A DNA stretch of 64,000 nucleotides, taken from positions 64,001 through 128,000 of the forward strand of contig CAVXTM010000012.1 in NCBI GenBank assembly GCA_963764725.1. Reading direction: 5' to 3'. This DNA comes from an uncultured Gammaproteobacteria bacterium (lineage in GTDB: Bacteria > Pseudomonadota > Gammaproteobacteria > JACCXJ01). The position numbers and the translations under genes are program-made. Shown in pieces: positions 51,790 to 62,581 of this stretch. The notes beneath the pieces were generated by a model. That model had not been told where the DNA came from, made no database searches, and was given only the letters and a program-made list of their open reading frames with translations. Numbering within the stretch: the first letter of the stretch is position 1; every line of letters begins with the position of its first letter.

Positions 51790-52256
51790 AGGTATGGATA
51801 AACCGTATCGCCCCACGCCGGCACACTGGTGCGCGGCCTGCGGTCAGCGTCTCCATGCCCATCCGGCGCATCAGCGTGCGCACATGACGGCGGCCGATGC
51901 GATGGCCTTCATCTCCCAAACGTCGGGCGAGCTTGCGGGCCCCTAAAAAGGGATGGGCCAGATGCAGTTTATCCAATCGGCGCATCAAGGTCAGATCCGA
52001 CTCGCTCACCGTACGCGGCGTGTAGTACGTCGAGGAGCGGCTCAGCTCCAGCAACTCGCATTGCCGCACCACGTCGTGCTTGGTTGCAAGCTCAGCCAGC
52101 GTCTTGTCACCGCGCAGGGCGTCCAGCACCACCTTCGCCTTGAAGACCGGTGAGTGGTTACGACGGGGTCGTTTCATGGTTTCTGCTCCTTTTCTCTCGT
52201 TAATGTAGAGCAGTTCTATCACTTATGCCCCTGTCTGAAAAACCGAGACCAGCTCA
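51790..52256 (-). mobile_element. IS3-family remnant: left TIR and internally deleted orfA/orfB
   Basis: TGAGCTGGTCTCGGTTTTTCAGACAG; RRNHSPVFKAKV; QCELLELSRSSTYY; PFLGARKL. Confidence 0.85.
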
Positions 52257-52723
52257 GTTTGCGCGGTTCCGCTCCGTAGCCTTGCCCAATTCGATAAGCA
52301 TGCAGTTGCGGAAGTCCCTTCCGTCCTGAGCAAGCTTGCCCGCTTCATCCATCATTTGATCGCCCGCATCATCTGCCACGTACGCCTGTATCAGACGATC
52401 GCCGGCCGTCTCGATCTCGCGTAGCTCTTTGCTGGCTTTGCCGCCGCTCCTTTTATATGCCTCGGCGTATTCCTGGGCATTGCGCTTAAGCATCGCAAGC
52501 TGCCGCTCAGAACGAGCCGCACGAGCCACCATACTATTCACCTCCTTCACGCTTGCCTCTCGATACCCCTTTAATTCACATGCCGCCCTTGCCCTAGCCT
52601 CGACCATGCTCATACCCCCAGCGGGGGACCGCCCAGCGGGGGACTCTTGAGTTGAAGCGCAACCCGAAGATAATACCGCCAACAACAGCACCGCAATTTG
52701 TTTCATGCGTGTAGTCATATTCA
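52254..52723 (-). CDS. Hypothetical lipoprotein; stop codon supplied by the IS3 end (probably truncated)
   Basis: LSSGC lipobox; the TGA stop is the first three bases of the IS3 TIR. Confidence 0.55.
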
Positions 52724-52799
52724 TACCTTCCCCGCTACCCCGTAGCTTCACGGCTCATTTCGTAAGCCGCATTTACGAAACGGATAGAAACGCCAAGCC

Positions 52800-53270
52800 T
52801 GTCTGTGGCAAATTCTGAATTCTAAGAGAAATTCCACGTTGATTGCAGTCTTGTGAATCCTAGCCGAGTGGGTAAGGTAGTGGCATGTGAGAACTCTTCG
52901 TCCTCCTTGCCCACCTTCTCACGACGCTGATCAAGCTCTGCCGGCGCGGTGGCCTCCATGCGGTAGTGGCCGAGTCACTAGCGGTGAAGCATCAACTGCA
53001 AGTGATGAACCGAACGCGTCGTCGTGCGCCAAGATTGACGCTGTCGGGGATTGGTATTTGGTTTGTGCGGTGCCTGGATCCCTCTGAAACGCCTCGCGAA
53101 GTGCGCGGTGATTCTCAAACCTTCCAGCTTTACGAGGTTTCACCGAGCCTTGGTGAGATGTAAGTATCGATGGCTCTATGCGTCAAGAAAGTGCGGTCGC
53201 CCTGGTCCTAAGGGGCCAACGAAAGCAGTCATTGCGGCGGTCGTTGAAATGAAACGACGTAACCCACGAC
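52800..53270 (+). mobile_element. Integrase-type transposase 5' remnant
   Basis: AESLAVKHQLQV.NR.RRRAPRL; ILKPS..RFHRALV; GRPGPKGP..EMKRRNP. Confidence 0.75.
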
Positions 53271-53422
53271 AGCCTGCTTACATCTATTTTGCGGCCCCTC
53301 GGCGGTCCTCTAATTCCCGGGCTAACCCCGGCACATTCACCCGGTGGAACCGGCAGATAATGCTAAGGCTTCCCTGGTATAAAAAGGGTTGCCTTTCTAT
53401 CCATTTCGTGCCCAAATGATTA

Positions 53423-53692
53423 ATGGGCTTCGAATACGACCAGGAGAAGAGCGAAGCGAACAAAGCAAAGCACGGGATCGATTTCGAGGAGGGGCAGGCT
53501 CTTTGGGACGATCCTGACCTGGTGGAGATCCCCGCCAAGGTGACCGACGAGCCGCGCTCTGTGGTTATCGGGATGATCGGCGACAAACACTGGTCGGCGG
53601 TCATCACGTATCGAAGCGATAACATCCGCCTAATCTCGGTCAGGCGTTCGAGGAAAGAGGAGGTAGCCATCTATGAAAGCGTCGGCGTTTGA
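53423..53692 (+). CDS. brnT: BrnT family toxin
   Basis: FEYDQEKSEANKAKHGIDF..IRLISVRRS. Confidence 0.92.
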   Translation: MGFEYDQEKSEANKAKHGIDFEEGQALWDDPDLVEIPAKVTDEPRSVVIGMIGDKHWSAVITYRSDNIRLISVRRSRKEEVAIYESVGV

Positions 53693-53903
53693 CAAGAAGT
53701 TTGATGCGGGCGAGGACGTCACCAACATGCTCGACCTGTCGCGGGCCCGCCGTCCCGGCCTTCAGGCCAAGCGGGTCAATGTGGACTTTCCGGCCTGGAT
53801 GGTGCAATCCCTTGACCGGGAGGCTCGGAAGCTCGGCGTCACGCGTCAGTCTCTCATCAAGATGTGGCTCGCGGACAAGTTAGCACACCAATCAACTCCT
53901 TGA
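53673..53903 (+). CDS. brnA: BrnA-type RHH antitoxin
   Basis: KRVNVDFPAWM..LDREA..GVTRQSLIKMW. Confidence 0.88.
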   Translation: MKASAFDKKFDAGEDVTNMLDLSRARRPGLQAKRVNVDFPAWMVQSLDREARKLGVTRQSLIKMWLADKLAHQSTP

Positions 53904-54201
53904 TGGGACATAGCGCTATCCGTCTAGGCGACCCGCTCGAGGAGATCAAAATGCGCGCCACGACTGACGGTGCCTCCCAATCGCAGTACTGAAATTCTAA
54001 ATCGAGACCGCGCACAGATAGGAGACACTGCTGCTGCGGCGCGCGGGTATTCGCGCGTCAGCAGTGCTGAGTTCTTGGTTATGCGACAAATGCTCTACGA
54101 GGTGCGCCTGGCCAAACGGAACGGGTCATTCGCACAGCAGGCTTACTGTAATGCGAGGCAAGCACGCCATCGATCAGTCTCCTAATGGAAGCCATAAGCA
54201 A

Positions 54202-57200
54202 ATGAAAACCGTTCGCGACGCCTGTCAGCTTCAGCCCAATGCCCTCTCCATCAAACTCAGTGATCAGATCGAGCAGCTTGATGAGCTGATCACAACCGAG
54301 GGCGACGGATCGGCGTTCTTCGAGAAAACCCACATCACCCAGGGCATGCAGGACCTTATCAGCGAGGGTATCGCGCGCCTCGCCGGTATGTCGACTCAAG
54401 CGGTCTTCCATCTCAAGCAAGCGATGGGTGGTGGTAAGACGCACTTGCTCGTCGGCTTCGGTCTTCTCGCAAAGCACCCAGAGCTTCGCAAGAAATACTG
54501 CGGTGGAATGGCGAACGCTTCGGCCTTCGGAATAGCCAACATCGCGGCCTTCAACGGTCGCAATAGTCCCGATCACTTCTTCTGGGGCGAGATCGCCAAT
54601 CAGCTTGGCAAAGGAGAGCAGTTCAAAGCATTTTGGACGAGCGGTCCAAAGGCGCCCGACGAGAAGGACTGGCTCAAGCTCTTCGATGGTGGCGAACCCA
54701 TCCTCATCCTGCTCGATGAGATGCCGCCCTATTTTCACTACCTCGACACCCAGAAAGTGGGTAACGGCACCGTCGCCGACATTGCCACCCGCGCTTTCGC
54801 CAACCTGCTCACTGCCGCCGGCAAGAAGAGCAACGTCTGTGTCGTCGTCTCCGATCTCGCCGCGGCCTATGACACGGGCGCGAGGCTTATCAATCGCGCG
54901 CTGGAAGACGCCCGCTCAGAGTTGGGGCGCCAGGAGCGCAACATCACGCCGGTGGACCTCGCGGCCAACGAGATCTACGACATCCTGCGCAAGCGGCTCT
55001 TCACGTCCCTCCCCGACCGGGCCGAGATCGAGGACATCGCCCAGACCTTCGGCAGGAAGCTGGAAGAGGCCGCCAAGTCGAAGACCGCCAATCGCGGTGC
55101 CGAAGCGATTGCGGATGAGATCGCCGCTACGTATCCGTTTCATCCGCGGCTCAAGAACGTCGTCGCGCTCTTCAAGGAGAACGAGCAGTTCAAGCAGACC
55201 CGCGGCCTGATCGAGCTCGTGTCCCGGTTGCTCAAGTCGGTCTGGGAGCGGGGGAGTAATGATGTATTTCTCATTGGCCCTCAGCACTTCGACCTATCGA
55301 TCCCGGAAGTACGCGACAAGCTCACGGAAATCTCCGGCATGCGCGATGTCATCGCCAAGGATCTTTGGGATGCGCAGTTGTCCTCTCATGCTCAGGTCAT
55401 CGATTTGCAGACGGGCAAAGAGGCGGCTACTCAGCTCGGTTCGCTGCTTCTGACGGCAAGCCTGTCGACCGCCGTGAACGCGGTCAAAGGCCTCACGCGC
55501 GAGGAGATGGTCGAATGCCTGGTCTCGCCTCTGCGCGAGCCGTCGGATTTCCTTGCTGCATTCGAAGAACTCGATAAGCTCGCCTGGTACTTGCATCACA
55601 CCCCCGAAGGGCGCTACTACTTCGATCGGCAGGAAAACCTGACAAAGCTCCTGCAAAGCCTCGCCCACGATGCTCCCGAGAACCAGGTGGACGATCTCAT
55701 CCGGCACCGTTTGCGCGAGATGTTCAAGCCCCTCCGCAAGACCGTCTACGAAGAGGTCTTGCCTTTGCCCAGGCTGGAAGAGGTCGCCGACCGCGTGCGC
55801 AGGGGCCGCGTGCTGCTGGTCGTCAGTCCGGATTCCAAGATCCCGCCCGAAGAAGTCCAAAGGTTCTTCGAGGGCCTAAGTCAGAAAAACAACCTCTGCG
55901 TGCTCACAGGCGACAAGACGGCGATGGGCAGCGTCGAGAAGGCGGCGCGGCAGCTCTTTGCTGCCCAGAAGGCCGATGGCCGAATCCCCAAGGGCCATCC
56001 CCAGCGCGACGACCTTGAACGGAAGCAGCAGACCTACGAACACGACTTCACCTCCACCATCCTCAATCTTTTTGATAAGGTCCTGTTTCCTATCCAACGG
56101 GCCGGACGGTCTTCCCAACTCGCGCCCAAGGCGCTGGACATGACCCGCGATGGCACCAAGCCTTTCAACGGCGAGGAGCAGATCGAGAAGACACTTGTCG
56201 CGAATCCGCTGAAGCTTTATCTCGATGTCGAGCGAGAATTCGACCCGATCCGCGACAAAGCGCAGGATCTGCTCTGGCCGGAAAATCAGGACGAGGCCCG
56301 CTGGTCAGATGTCGCGGACCGCTATGCCGAGCAGGCCGGCATGCCCTGGCTGCCACCCAAGGGCTTGGACGCACTCAAGTCCATCGCCTGCAACCGCGAG
56401 CTTTGGGAAGACCTCGGTAACGGCTACGTCACCAAGAAACCAAAGAAGAAGCGGACCTCGGTTCAGGTCATCGCCGAGTACGGACCTGACGATGAAGGCA
56501 AGGTTCGTTTGCGCGTCAATCCGCAGAACGCCGGCCCCGCACCTCGCATCCTCTATGCCGAGGATGCCCCCGTTTCCGAGGCCAGCGCGGAGCTCAAGGA
56601 CCAGGCTTATACGACCGCCGCACTGCGGGTGAACTTTCTGGTGATGGACCCATCAGGCTTGTATGAGACGGGCGACCCGGTGAGCTGGCCCAACAAACTC
56701 GTCCTGCGTAACGACCTAAAGGAGAAAGATGGTAAACGCCGTGTCGAGCTCTTCGTCGCACCCAAGGGCACGATTCGTTACACGCTTGACGGCAGCGAAC
56801 CACGCGAGGGCTTATCTTATGATGGGCCGTTTGCAATCGATGACAGCGAAGTCCTGATCCGGGCCTTCGCGGAGGCCAGCGGGCTTGAGGCCAAGGCAGA
56901 GTTCCGCTTCCCGGCCAAGGGCAAGAAAGGTCTGCAGATCGATGAGGTGAAGCCCGGCCGGCTCGTATCCCGCACCGGCCGCAAGCTCGATTCCCGCGGC
57001 AAGACATTTGAGGGTCTGAAGCAGGCCGCCGAGAAGTCCGTCACGTTCGAAGGCATCGTTCTCACCGTAGGCCAGGGCACACAGATGATCGGCATTAACG
57101 TGGGTGAGATCGCCGTGGACGCCGCGTTCATCGAGGCGCTGCTCGCCAAGGTGCTTGAGAAGTTCACCCCCGACACGCCGATCACCATGACCTTCCGCAA

Positions 57201-57285
57201 GGCCCACTTCGCCTCCGGCCACGACCTCAAGGACTTTGCCGGGAAGCTCGGCATCGAGCTGCAGCAGGGTGACGTCGAGCAGTGA
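54202..57285 (+). CDS. Anti-phage-associated DUF499 AAA+ ATPase
   Basis: LKQAMGGGKTH, ILLDE, EIYDILRKRLF, YPFHP, C-terminal YTLDGSEP. Confidence 0.9.
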   Translation: MKTVRDACQLQPNALSIKLSDQIEQLDELITTEGDGSAFFEKTHITQGMQDLISEGIARLAGMSTQAVFHLKQAMGGGKTHLLVGFGLLAKHPELRKKYCGGMANASAFGIANIAAFNGRNSPDHFFWGEIANQLGKGEQFKAFWTSGPKAPDEKDWLKLFDGGEPILILLDEMPPYFHYLDTQKVGNGTVADIATRAFANLLTAAGKKSNVCVVVSDLAAAYDTGARLINRALEDARSELGRQERNITPVDLAANEIYDILRKRLFTSLPDRAEIEDIAQTFGRKLEEAAKSKTANRGAEAIADEIAATYPFHPRLKNVVALFKENEQFKQTRGLIELVSRLLKSVWERGSNDVFLIGPQHFDLSIPEVRDKLTEISGMRDVIAKDLWDAQLSSHAQVIDLQTGKEAATQLGSLLLTASLSTAVNAVKGLTREEMVECLVSPLREPSDFLAAFEELDKLAWYLHHTPEGRYYFDRQENLTKLLQSLAHDAPENQVDDLIRHRLREMFKPLRKTVYEEVLPLPRLEEVADRVRRGRVLLVVSPDSKIPPEEVQRFFEGLSQKNNLCVLTGDKTAMGSVEKAARQLFAAQKADGRIPKGHPQRDDLERKQQTYEHDFTSTILNLFDKVLFPIQRAGRSSQLAPKALDMTRDGTKPFNGEEQIEKTLVANPLKLYLDVEREFDPIRDKAQDLLWPENQDEARWSDVADRYAEQAGMPWLPPKGLDALKSIACNRELWEDLGNGYVTKKPKKKRTSVQVIAEYGPDDEGKVRLRVNPQNAGPAPRILYAEDAPVSEASAELKDQAYTTAALRVNFLVMDPSGLYETGDPVSWPNKLVLRNDLKEKDGKRRVELFVAPKGTIRYTLDGSEPREGLSYDGPFAIDDSEVLIRAFAEASGLEAKAEFRFPAKGKKGLQIDEVKPGRLVSRTGRKLDSRGKTFEGLKQAAEKSVTFEGIVLTVGQGTQMIGINVGEIAVDAAFIEALLAKVLEKFTPDTPITMTFRKAHFASGHDLKDFAGKLGIELQQGDVEQ

Positions 57286-57857
57286 GCGCCAAGCCCAAGA
57301 GCGTCGACTTCGGCGCGCCCGACGCATTTGGCGCTCACCTCTTCCGTGTAGAGATCCCAGCCGCGCGGAACGAGTCAGTGGTTATCGTCGAGGACTACGG
57401 CTACCGGGGCCAGGAGGGCGGCATCCCACGTGAGGAGGAGCGGGTGGTTCTCAAGCGCCCGGTGTGGTCAGCCATTGCCGACATCGCCCGCCGCGAGTTC
57501 AACGACCGCCTCAAGGCCGCGAAGGTCCTCACCGGTCGCTGGCACACCGGCACCAACCTTGTCGATCGGTTGCTCGGCAAGGAGCTCTGCGTGCTCGCCT
57601 GGGCAGCCGAGACCGCGAACGGCGAGCAACTCCCAATCATCTGCAGTAAGTGGGCGGCACTTCGGCCTGAAGAACGCTGGTGGCTGTTTTCAATGACCGT
57701 AGCCGAGGCTGGCCTGCCGGAAGACACCCAGCGCGGATGGCGCCGTGCGCTCTTTCATGCCCTCTCGGACGGCGAAAAACCCGCGGCCGGGCGGAAGCGC
57801 CGCCGCCCGGTGGAGCAGGATCTATTTGAGCTGCCGCTGTTTGAGGAGTCTGAGTGA
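57282..57857 (+). CDS. DUF3780 family protein
   Basis: EFNDRLK, DRLLGKELCVLAWA, LRPEERWWL, GWRRAL; GTGA overlaps on both sides. Confidence 0.88.
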   Translation: MSAKPKSVDFGAPDAFGAHLFRVEIPAARNESVVIVEDYGYRGQEGGIPREEERVVLKRPVWSAIADIARREFNDRLKAAKVLTGRWHTGTNLVDRLLGKELCVLAWAAETANGEQLPIICSKWAALRPEERWWLFSMTVAEAGLPEDTQRGWRRALFHALSDGEKPAAGRKRRRPVEQDLFELPLFEESE

Positions 57858-60690
57858 ACGACGCTGTTACTCCGTACTCGCTCAAAGATGCACCCGCGCT
57901 CATCGAACACATACTGCCCGTGCAGAAGCTGTCCGCGGAGGCGTACAAAGAGCAAATGGCGAATGTCGGTAAGACACTCACCGCGCTTGGCAGTTACTGG
58001 AAGGGTCGCAAGCCGCTCATTCTCGCTAAAGCCTGCATTCTCGGATGCCTTCTACCGCCGACAGAGGACTCCAAACGTGATCTCGAGATCTTCGAGATGC
58101 TGATGGCAATGGACGACGAATCCTTTGTCATCCGCTGGCCGCGCCGCCCCAAGCCTAAAGAGATACTCGCGACCCTATCTCTCGACTTGATCGCCGACTA
58201 CTTCACTGTTCAACCCGAAGGGGCCCTGCCTCCGTCGTCCCCCGTGGACTGGACGAAGCCCGAATACATAAAAGTCAAGGCGGCTTGGCGCAAGGACATC
58301 TCGGAGGTCGAACGCCGTCGGCTGGAAGCTCAGATGTTGCCGAAGGCTACTTACCGCCAGCGGGTGGATACCGCCAAGCGGCCCGAGGAGGTTATGGACA
58401 CTGTCCACGACCATATCTGGGATGTCGTCAACAACCACTTGGGCACCCGTGCCAGTTCCTTCCCGGAACTGGCCGAGCAGCTTGGCATCATGCGCTATGG
58501 TCACCGGCCTCGCGTGGCGGACACCTTCTGCGGTTCCGGTCAGATTCCCTTCGAGGCCGCCCGGCTCGGTTGCGACACGTATGCTTCTGACCTCAACCCC
58601 GTTGCTTGCATGCTGACCTGGGGCGCATTGCATATCGTCGGCGGGTCCCCTGACAGTCGCGAGGAACTGGAACGGCAACAACAAGAGCTCGTCGCCAGAG
58701 TTCAAGCCGAAATCGACAAGCTCGGCGTCGAGACCGATGGCAAGGGCTGGCGGGCCAAGGCGTTCCTCTACTGTCTCGAAGTCCGCTGCCCTCAGTCAGG
58801 TTGGATGGTGCCGCTAATTCCGTCGCTCATTATCAGCCGCGGTAAGCACGCCATCGCAGAGTTGGTTCCCGACCCAAAGCGCAAGCGCTATGACATATGC
58901 GTGCGGACCGGCGTGTCCGCGGACGAGCTAGCCAGGGCAGCAAAGGGATCAGTGCGAACTGACGGGCGTGGCCAGGACCCGTATCTCCTTCACACAGTCA
59001 ACGGCGTCGAGTACCGCACCAAGGTTTCAACGCTGCGCGGCGACTTCCGTAAACCGGATGGCTCTGTGGGTAACAAATTGCGCATGTGGGAAAAGGGCGA
59101 CTTCACACCGCACCCAGGCGACATCTACCAGGACCGGCTGTACGCGATCCATTGGATGCGGCCGAAAAAGACCGGGCGGTCCTTCAACTACGAGTTCCGC
59201 GCTGTGACAGCGGATGACCTGAAGCGCGAGGGCATTGTCGAAAGGTTCGTTGGTGAGCACCTCGCCGAATGGCAGGCGAAGGGGTGGGTTCCTGACATGC
59301 GGATTGAGGCGGGATACAACACCGATCAGCCGATACGTGAACGTGGCTGGACGCATTGGCACCACCTTTTCAACCCGCGCCAATTGCTGGTCAATGGCCT
59401 GATCAATCGATATGCCACCACTGCGGCATCAAAGCTCGGCGTCAGTCAAGCGGCGAACCGGAACTCGAAGCTCAGCAGCTGGGATAGTTCGCCCGGTGTC
59501 GATGCGGTGAAAGACACTTTCTACAATCAAGCCCTCAACACCTTCTTTAACCATGGGACCCGGTCGAGCCACTACATCGCGAATCAGCTTACTCTTGATT
59601 GCAAGAGCTTCCCATTAGCTGAGACCACAACAACGGTTCGCTGCCTGCCCGCTGACTCGCTTGGGACGGAGAACGACGTCTACGTGACCGATCCCCCCTA
59701 TGGCGACGCAATAAACTACGACGAGATCCTCGACTTCTTCATCGCTTGGCTGCGCAAGAATCCGCCGCCAGAGTTCGCCGACTGGGTCTGGGACAGTCGC
59801 CGATCATTGGCGATAAAGGGTGAGGGTGAAAACTTCCGCCGCGGTATGGTGGCTGCGTATAAACGTATCACGGAGCTGATGCCTGACAACGGTATCCAGG
59901 TCATCATGTTCACGCATCAGTCCGGCTCGATCTGGGCGGACATGTCAAACATCGTCTGGGCCTCCGGTCTACGGGTGACCGCCGCCTGGTACGTCGTCAC
60001 CGAGACCGACAGTGCCCTGCGCGAGGGTAGCTACGTGAAGGGCACCGTGCTGTTGGTGCTTCGGAAACGCTTGGGCACGCACAAGACCACCCGCGACGAC
60101 CTTGCCTGGGAGATCCAGGAGGAAGTCGAAAAGCAGGTGGCGTCGCTCACCGGCCTTAACCAGCAGGCTAAAGGCCTCTACCGGGACGAGAATGTGTTCG
60201 AAGATGCCGACATTCAGATGGCCGGCTATGCGGCCGCGTTACGCGTGCTGACCCGCTACGCTATCATTGATGGCCGCGATATGACGGCTGAGGCGATCCG
60301 CCCCCGTGTGAAGGGCGAGACCACCTTTGTGGACGGCCTCATAGCCTTCGCCGTGAACACCGCCAACCAGTGTCTCGTACCCCAGGGCATCCCAAAGGGC
60401 CACTGGGACAAGCTCAGCGGCGCCGAGCGCTTCTATCTCAAGATGCTCGACCTGGAGGCGCGCGGCGCGAAGACGCTTGATAACTACCAGAACTTCGCCA
60501 AGGCCTTCAAGTGCGCGACTTCCGATCGCTCATGGGCGACCAGCGCGCCAACCACGCGCGGCTTAAGAGCGCGGTGGAGTTCGGCCGCACCGAGATGAGT
60601 GAAGGCTCAGAGCTGCACCAGTCGGTCCTGCGCGCCGTGCTCTACGCCGTTATGGAGCTTGCGAAGAACGTGGACGGCGGCGAGGTGCTA

Positions 60691-61848
60691 GTGTAATGCT
60701 TCTGAATTGATGGAACTATATGCCTTCCGGTCGATCTGATCTGGAGATCGAACGAGGAGGCGAACATGCGAACAGCCGGTGTAATTGAGCTTACAGATGA
60801 ACAACGGCAACAACTGCAACGATGGACCCGGTCGAGCACGGTCAGCGTGCGTCTGGCGCGGCGGGCACGGATAATCCTGTTGGCGGCCGAAGGTATGGAC
60901 AACCACCAGATCGCAGGAGAGGTAAGCGTTGGGCGAATTCAAGTGGGTCGTTGGCGCAAGCGCTTTGCGCAAAGCGGGCTTGCAGGCATTGAAGCCGATT
61001 TGCCGCGTAGCGGCCGCAAGCGCCGCATCAACGCTGCCAAGGTCGTGCGCCTGACCACCCAGAGCACACCGCAAGGCGCCACCCACTGGAGCACGCGCAC
61101 GCTGGCGGCAAGGGTCGGGATCAGCGACAGCAGCGTGCTGCGGATCTGGCGCGCCAATGGGCTCAAGCCGCATTTGGTCGAGACCTTCAAGGTCTCGCGC
61201 GACCCGCAATTTGTCGAGAAGCTCGAAGACATCGTCGGACTGTATTTGTCGCCGCCTGAACATGCGCTGGTGCTCTGCTGCGACGAGAAGAGTCAAGTGC
61301 AGGCCCTGGACCGTACCCAGCCTGGGTTGCCGTTGAAGAGGGGCCGCGCGGGTACGCTGACCCACGACTACAAACGTCATGGCACCACGACGCTGTTTGC
61401 CGCGCTGAACACGCTCGATGGCTCGGTCATCGCTCGCTGTAATAATCGCCACCGTCACCAAGAATGGCTGACCTTCTTGCGCCAGATTGATCGGGAAACC
61501 CCAAAGGGCAAAGCCCTGCATCTGATTTGCGACAACTACGCCACGCATAAGCATCCCACGGTCCGGGCGTGGCTCGCGAAACATCCGCGTTTCCAGGTGC
61601 ATTTCACCCCGACCTCGGCCTCTTGGCTCAATATGGTCGAACGGTTTTTCCGCGACATCACCACCGAACGCCTGCGCCGCGGTGTATTCCGCAGCCTCCC
61701 CGAACTTATCAGCGCCATCCAGGACTATATCGCCGTGCATAACCATGACCCCAAGCCCTTCGTCTGGACCGCCAAGGCCAACGACATTCTGCAAAAGGTC
61801 ATTCGTGCCAATCACCGCTTAAGTTCCAAGAAAAACGAAGCACTACAC
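60691..61848 (+). mobile_element. IS630-family element
   Basis: TIRs GTGTAATGCTTC / GTGTAGTGCTTC; TA duplicated (60689-60690, 61849-61850) at a CTAG target. Confidence 0.95.
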
Positions 61849-61851
61849 TAG
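60766..61851 (+). CDS. IS630 family transposase
   Basis: CDEKSQ, HDYKRHGT, CDNYATHK, SWLNMVERFF. Confidence 0.97.
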   Translation: MRTAGVIELTDEQRQQLQRWTRSSTVSVRLARRARIILLAAEGMDNHQIAGEVSVGRIQVGRWRKRFAQSGLAGIEADLPRSGRKRRINAAKVVRLTTQSTPQGATHWSTRTLAARVGISDSSVLRIWRANGLKPHLVETFKVSRDPQFVEKLEDIVGLYLSPPEHALVLCCDEKSQVQALDRTQPGLPLKRGRAGTLTHDYKRHGTTTLFAALNTLDGSVIARCNNRHRHQEWLTFLRQIDRETPKGKALHLICDNYATHKHPTVRAWLAKHPRFQVHFTPTSASWLNMVERFFRDITTERLRRGVFRSLPELISAIQDYIAVHNHDPKPFVWTAKANDILQKVIRANHRLSSKKNEALH

Positions 61852-62581
61852 CTCATCTGACGTTGAATGTGCCCAACTACTACGGCGACATGACCCAGCG
61901 AGACTTGGCAGTAGAGTTGGCCGACTACCTCGCCAAGCGGCTCGACACGCTTCGCTCCGAGGAGGCCAGCGCAGCGCGGGTCCTGCGCGAGCTGGTAAAG
62001 AGCCAGCGGTTGGGATGATCTGGAGGCTGGCATGACCGAGATCCACCGCTTCTCCTCCCGGCGCCAGCGTCTGGATCATGCTTTCCTCAGCGCCAAGCTG
62101 AAGGGCGCGAAGTCGTACAAGCGCATCGCGGGCTATTTCCGCAGCTCGATCTTCGAATTGGTTGGCGAGGAGATTGCCGCGGTCCCCAAAGTGCAGATTG
62201 TCTGCAACAGCGAGCTGGACGCCGCCGACGTGGCGGTGTCGAAGCATGTGCGCGAAACCGCACTGAAGGAGCGTTGGAATGACGCTATTCCCGAGGTCGA
62301 AGCGCTGCTGCACCGAGACCGCTACCGCGGGCTTCACGAGCTCTTGACCAGCGGCCACGTCGAAATTCGGGTCGTGCCAAAAGACCGCGTCTTCGTCCAC
62401 GGCAAAGCGGGGGTCATCGAAGCTGCGGACGGTTCCAAGACCTGTTTTCTCGGTTCGATCAACGAGACCAAGAGCGCCTTCGCGCAAAACTACGAGATCC
62501 TGTGGGAGGACACTTCACCGGAAGGCGTCGTTTGGGTCGAGGAGGAGTTCGAGGCGCTGTGGAGGGACGCCTTTCCGCTGC

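Larger units (their letters stand above)
57854..62018 (+). pseudogene. DUF1156 adenine DNA methyltransferase, with -1 frameshift near 60510 and IS630 insertion
   Basis: YWKGRKPL, DTFCGSG, SDLNPVA, TDPPY; EVL|AHLTLN..QRLG* resumes after the IS. Confidence 0.9.

Noticed and set aside
54026-54066. Hairpin CACTGCTG..GCGCG..CGCGC..CAGCAGTG upstream of the defence operon as an ncRNA
   Set aside because: Single GC-rich hairpin with no second copy, T-tract or promoter support.
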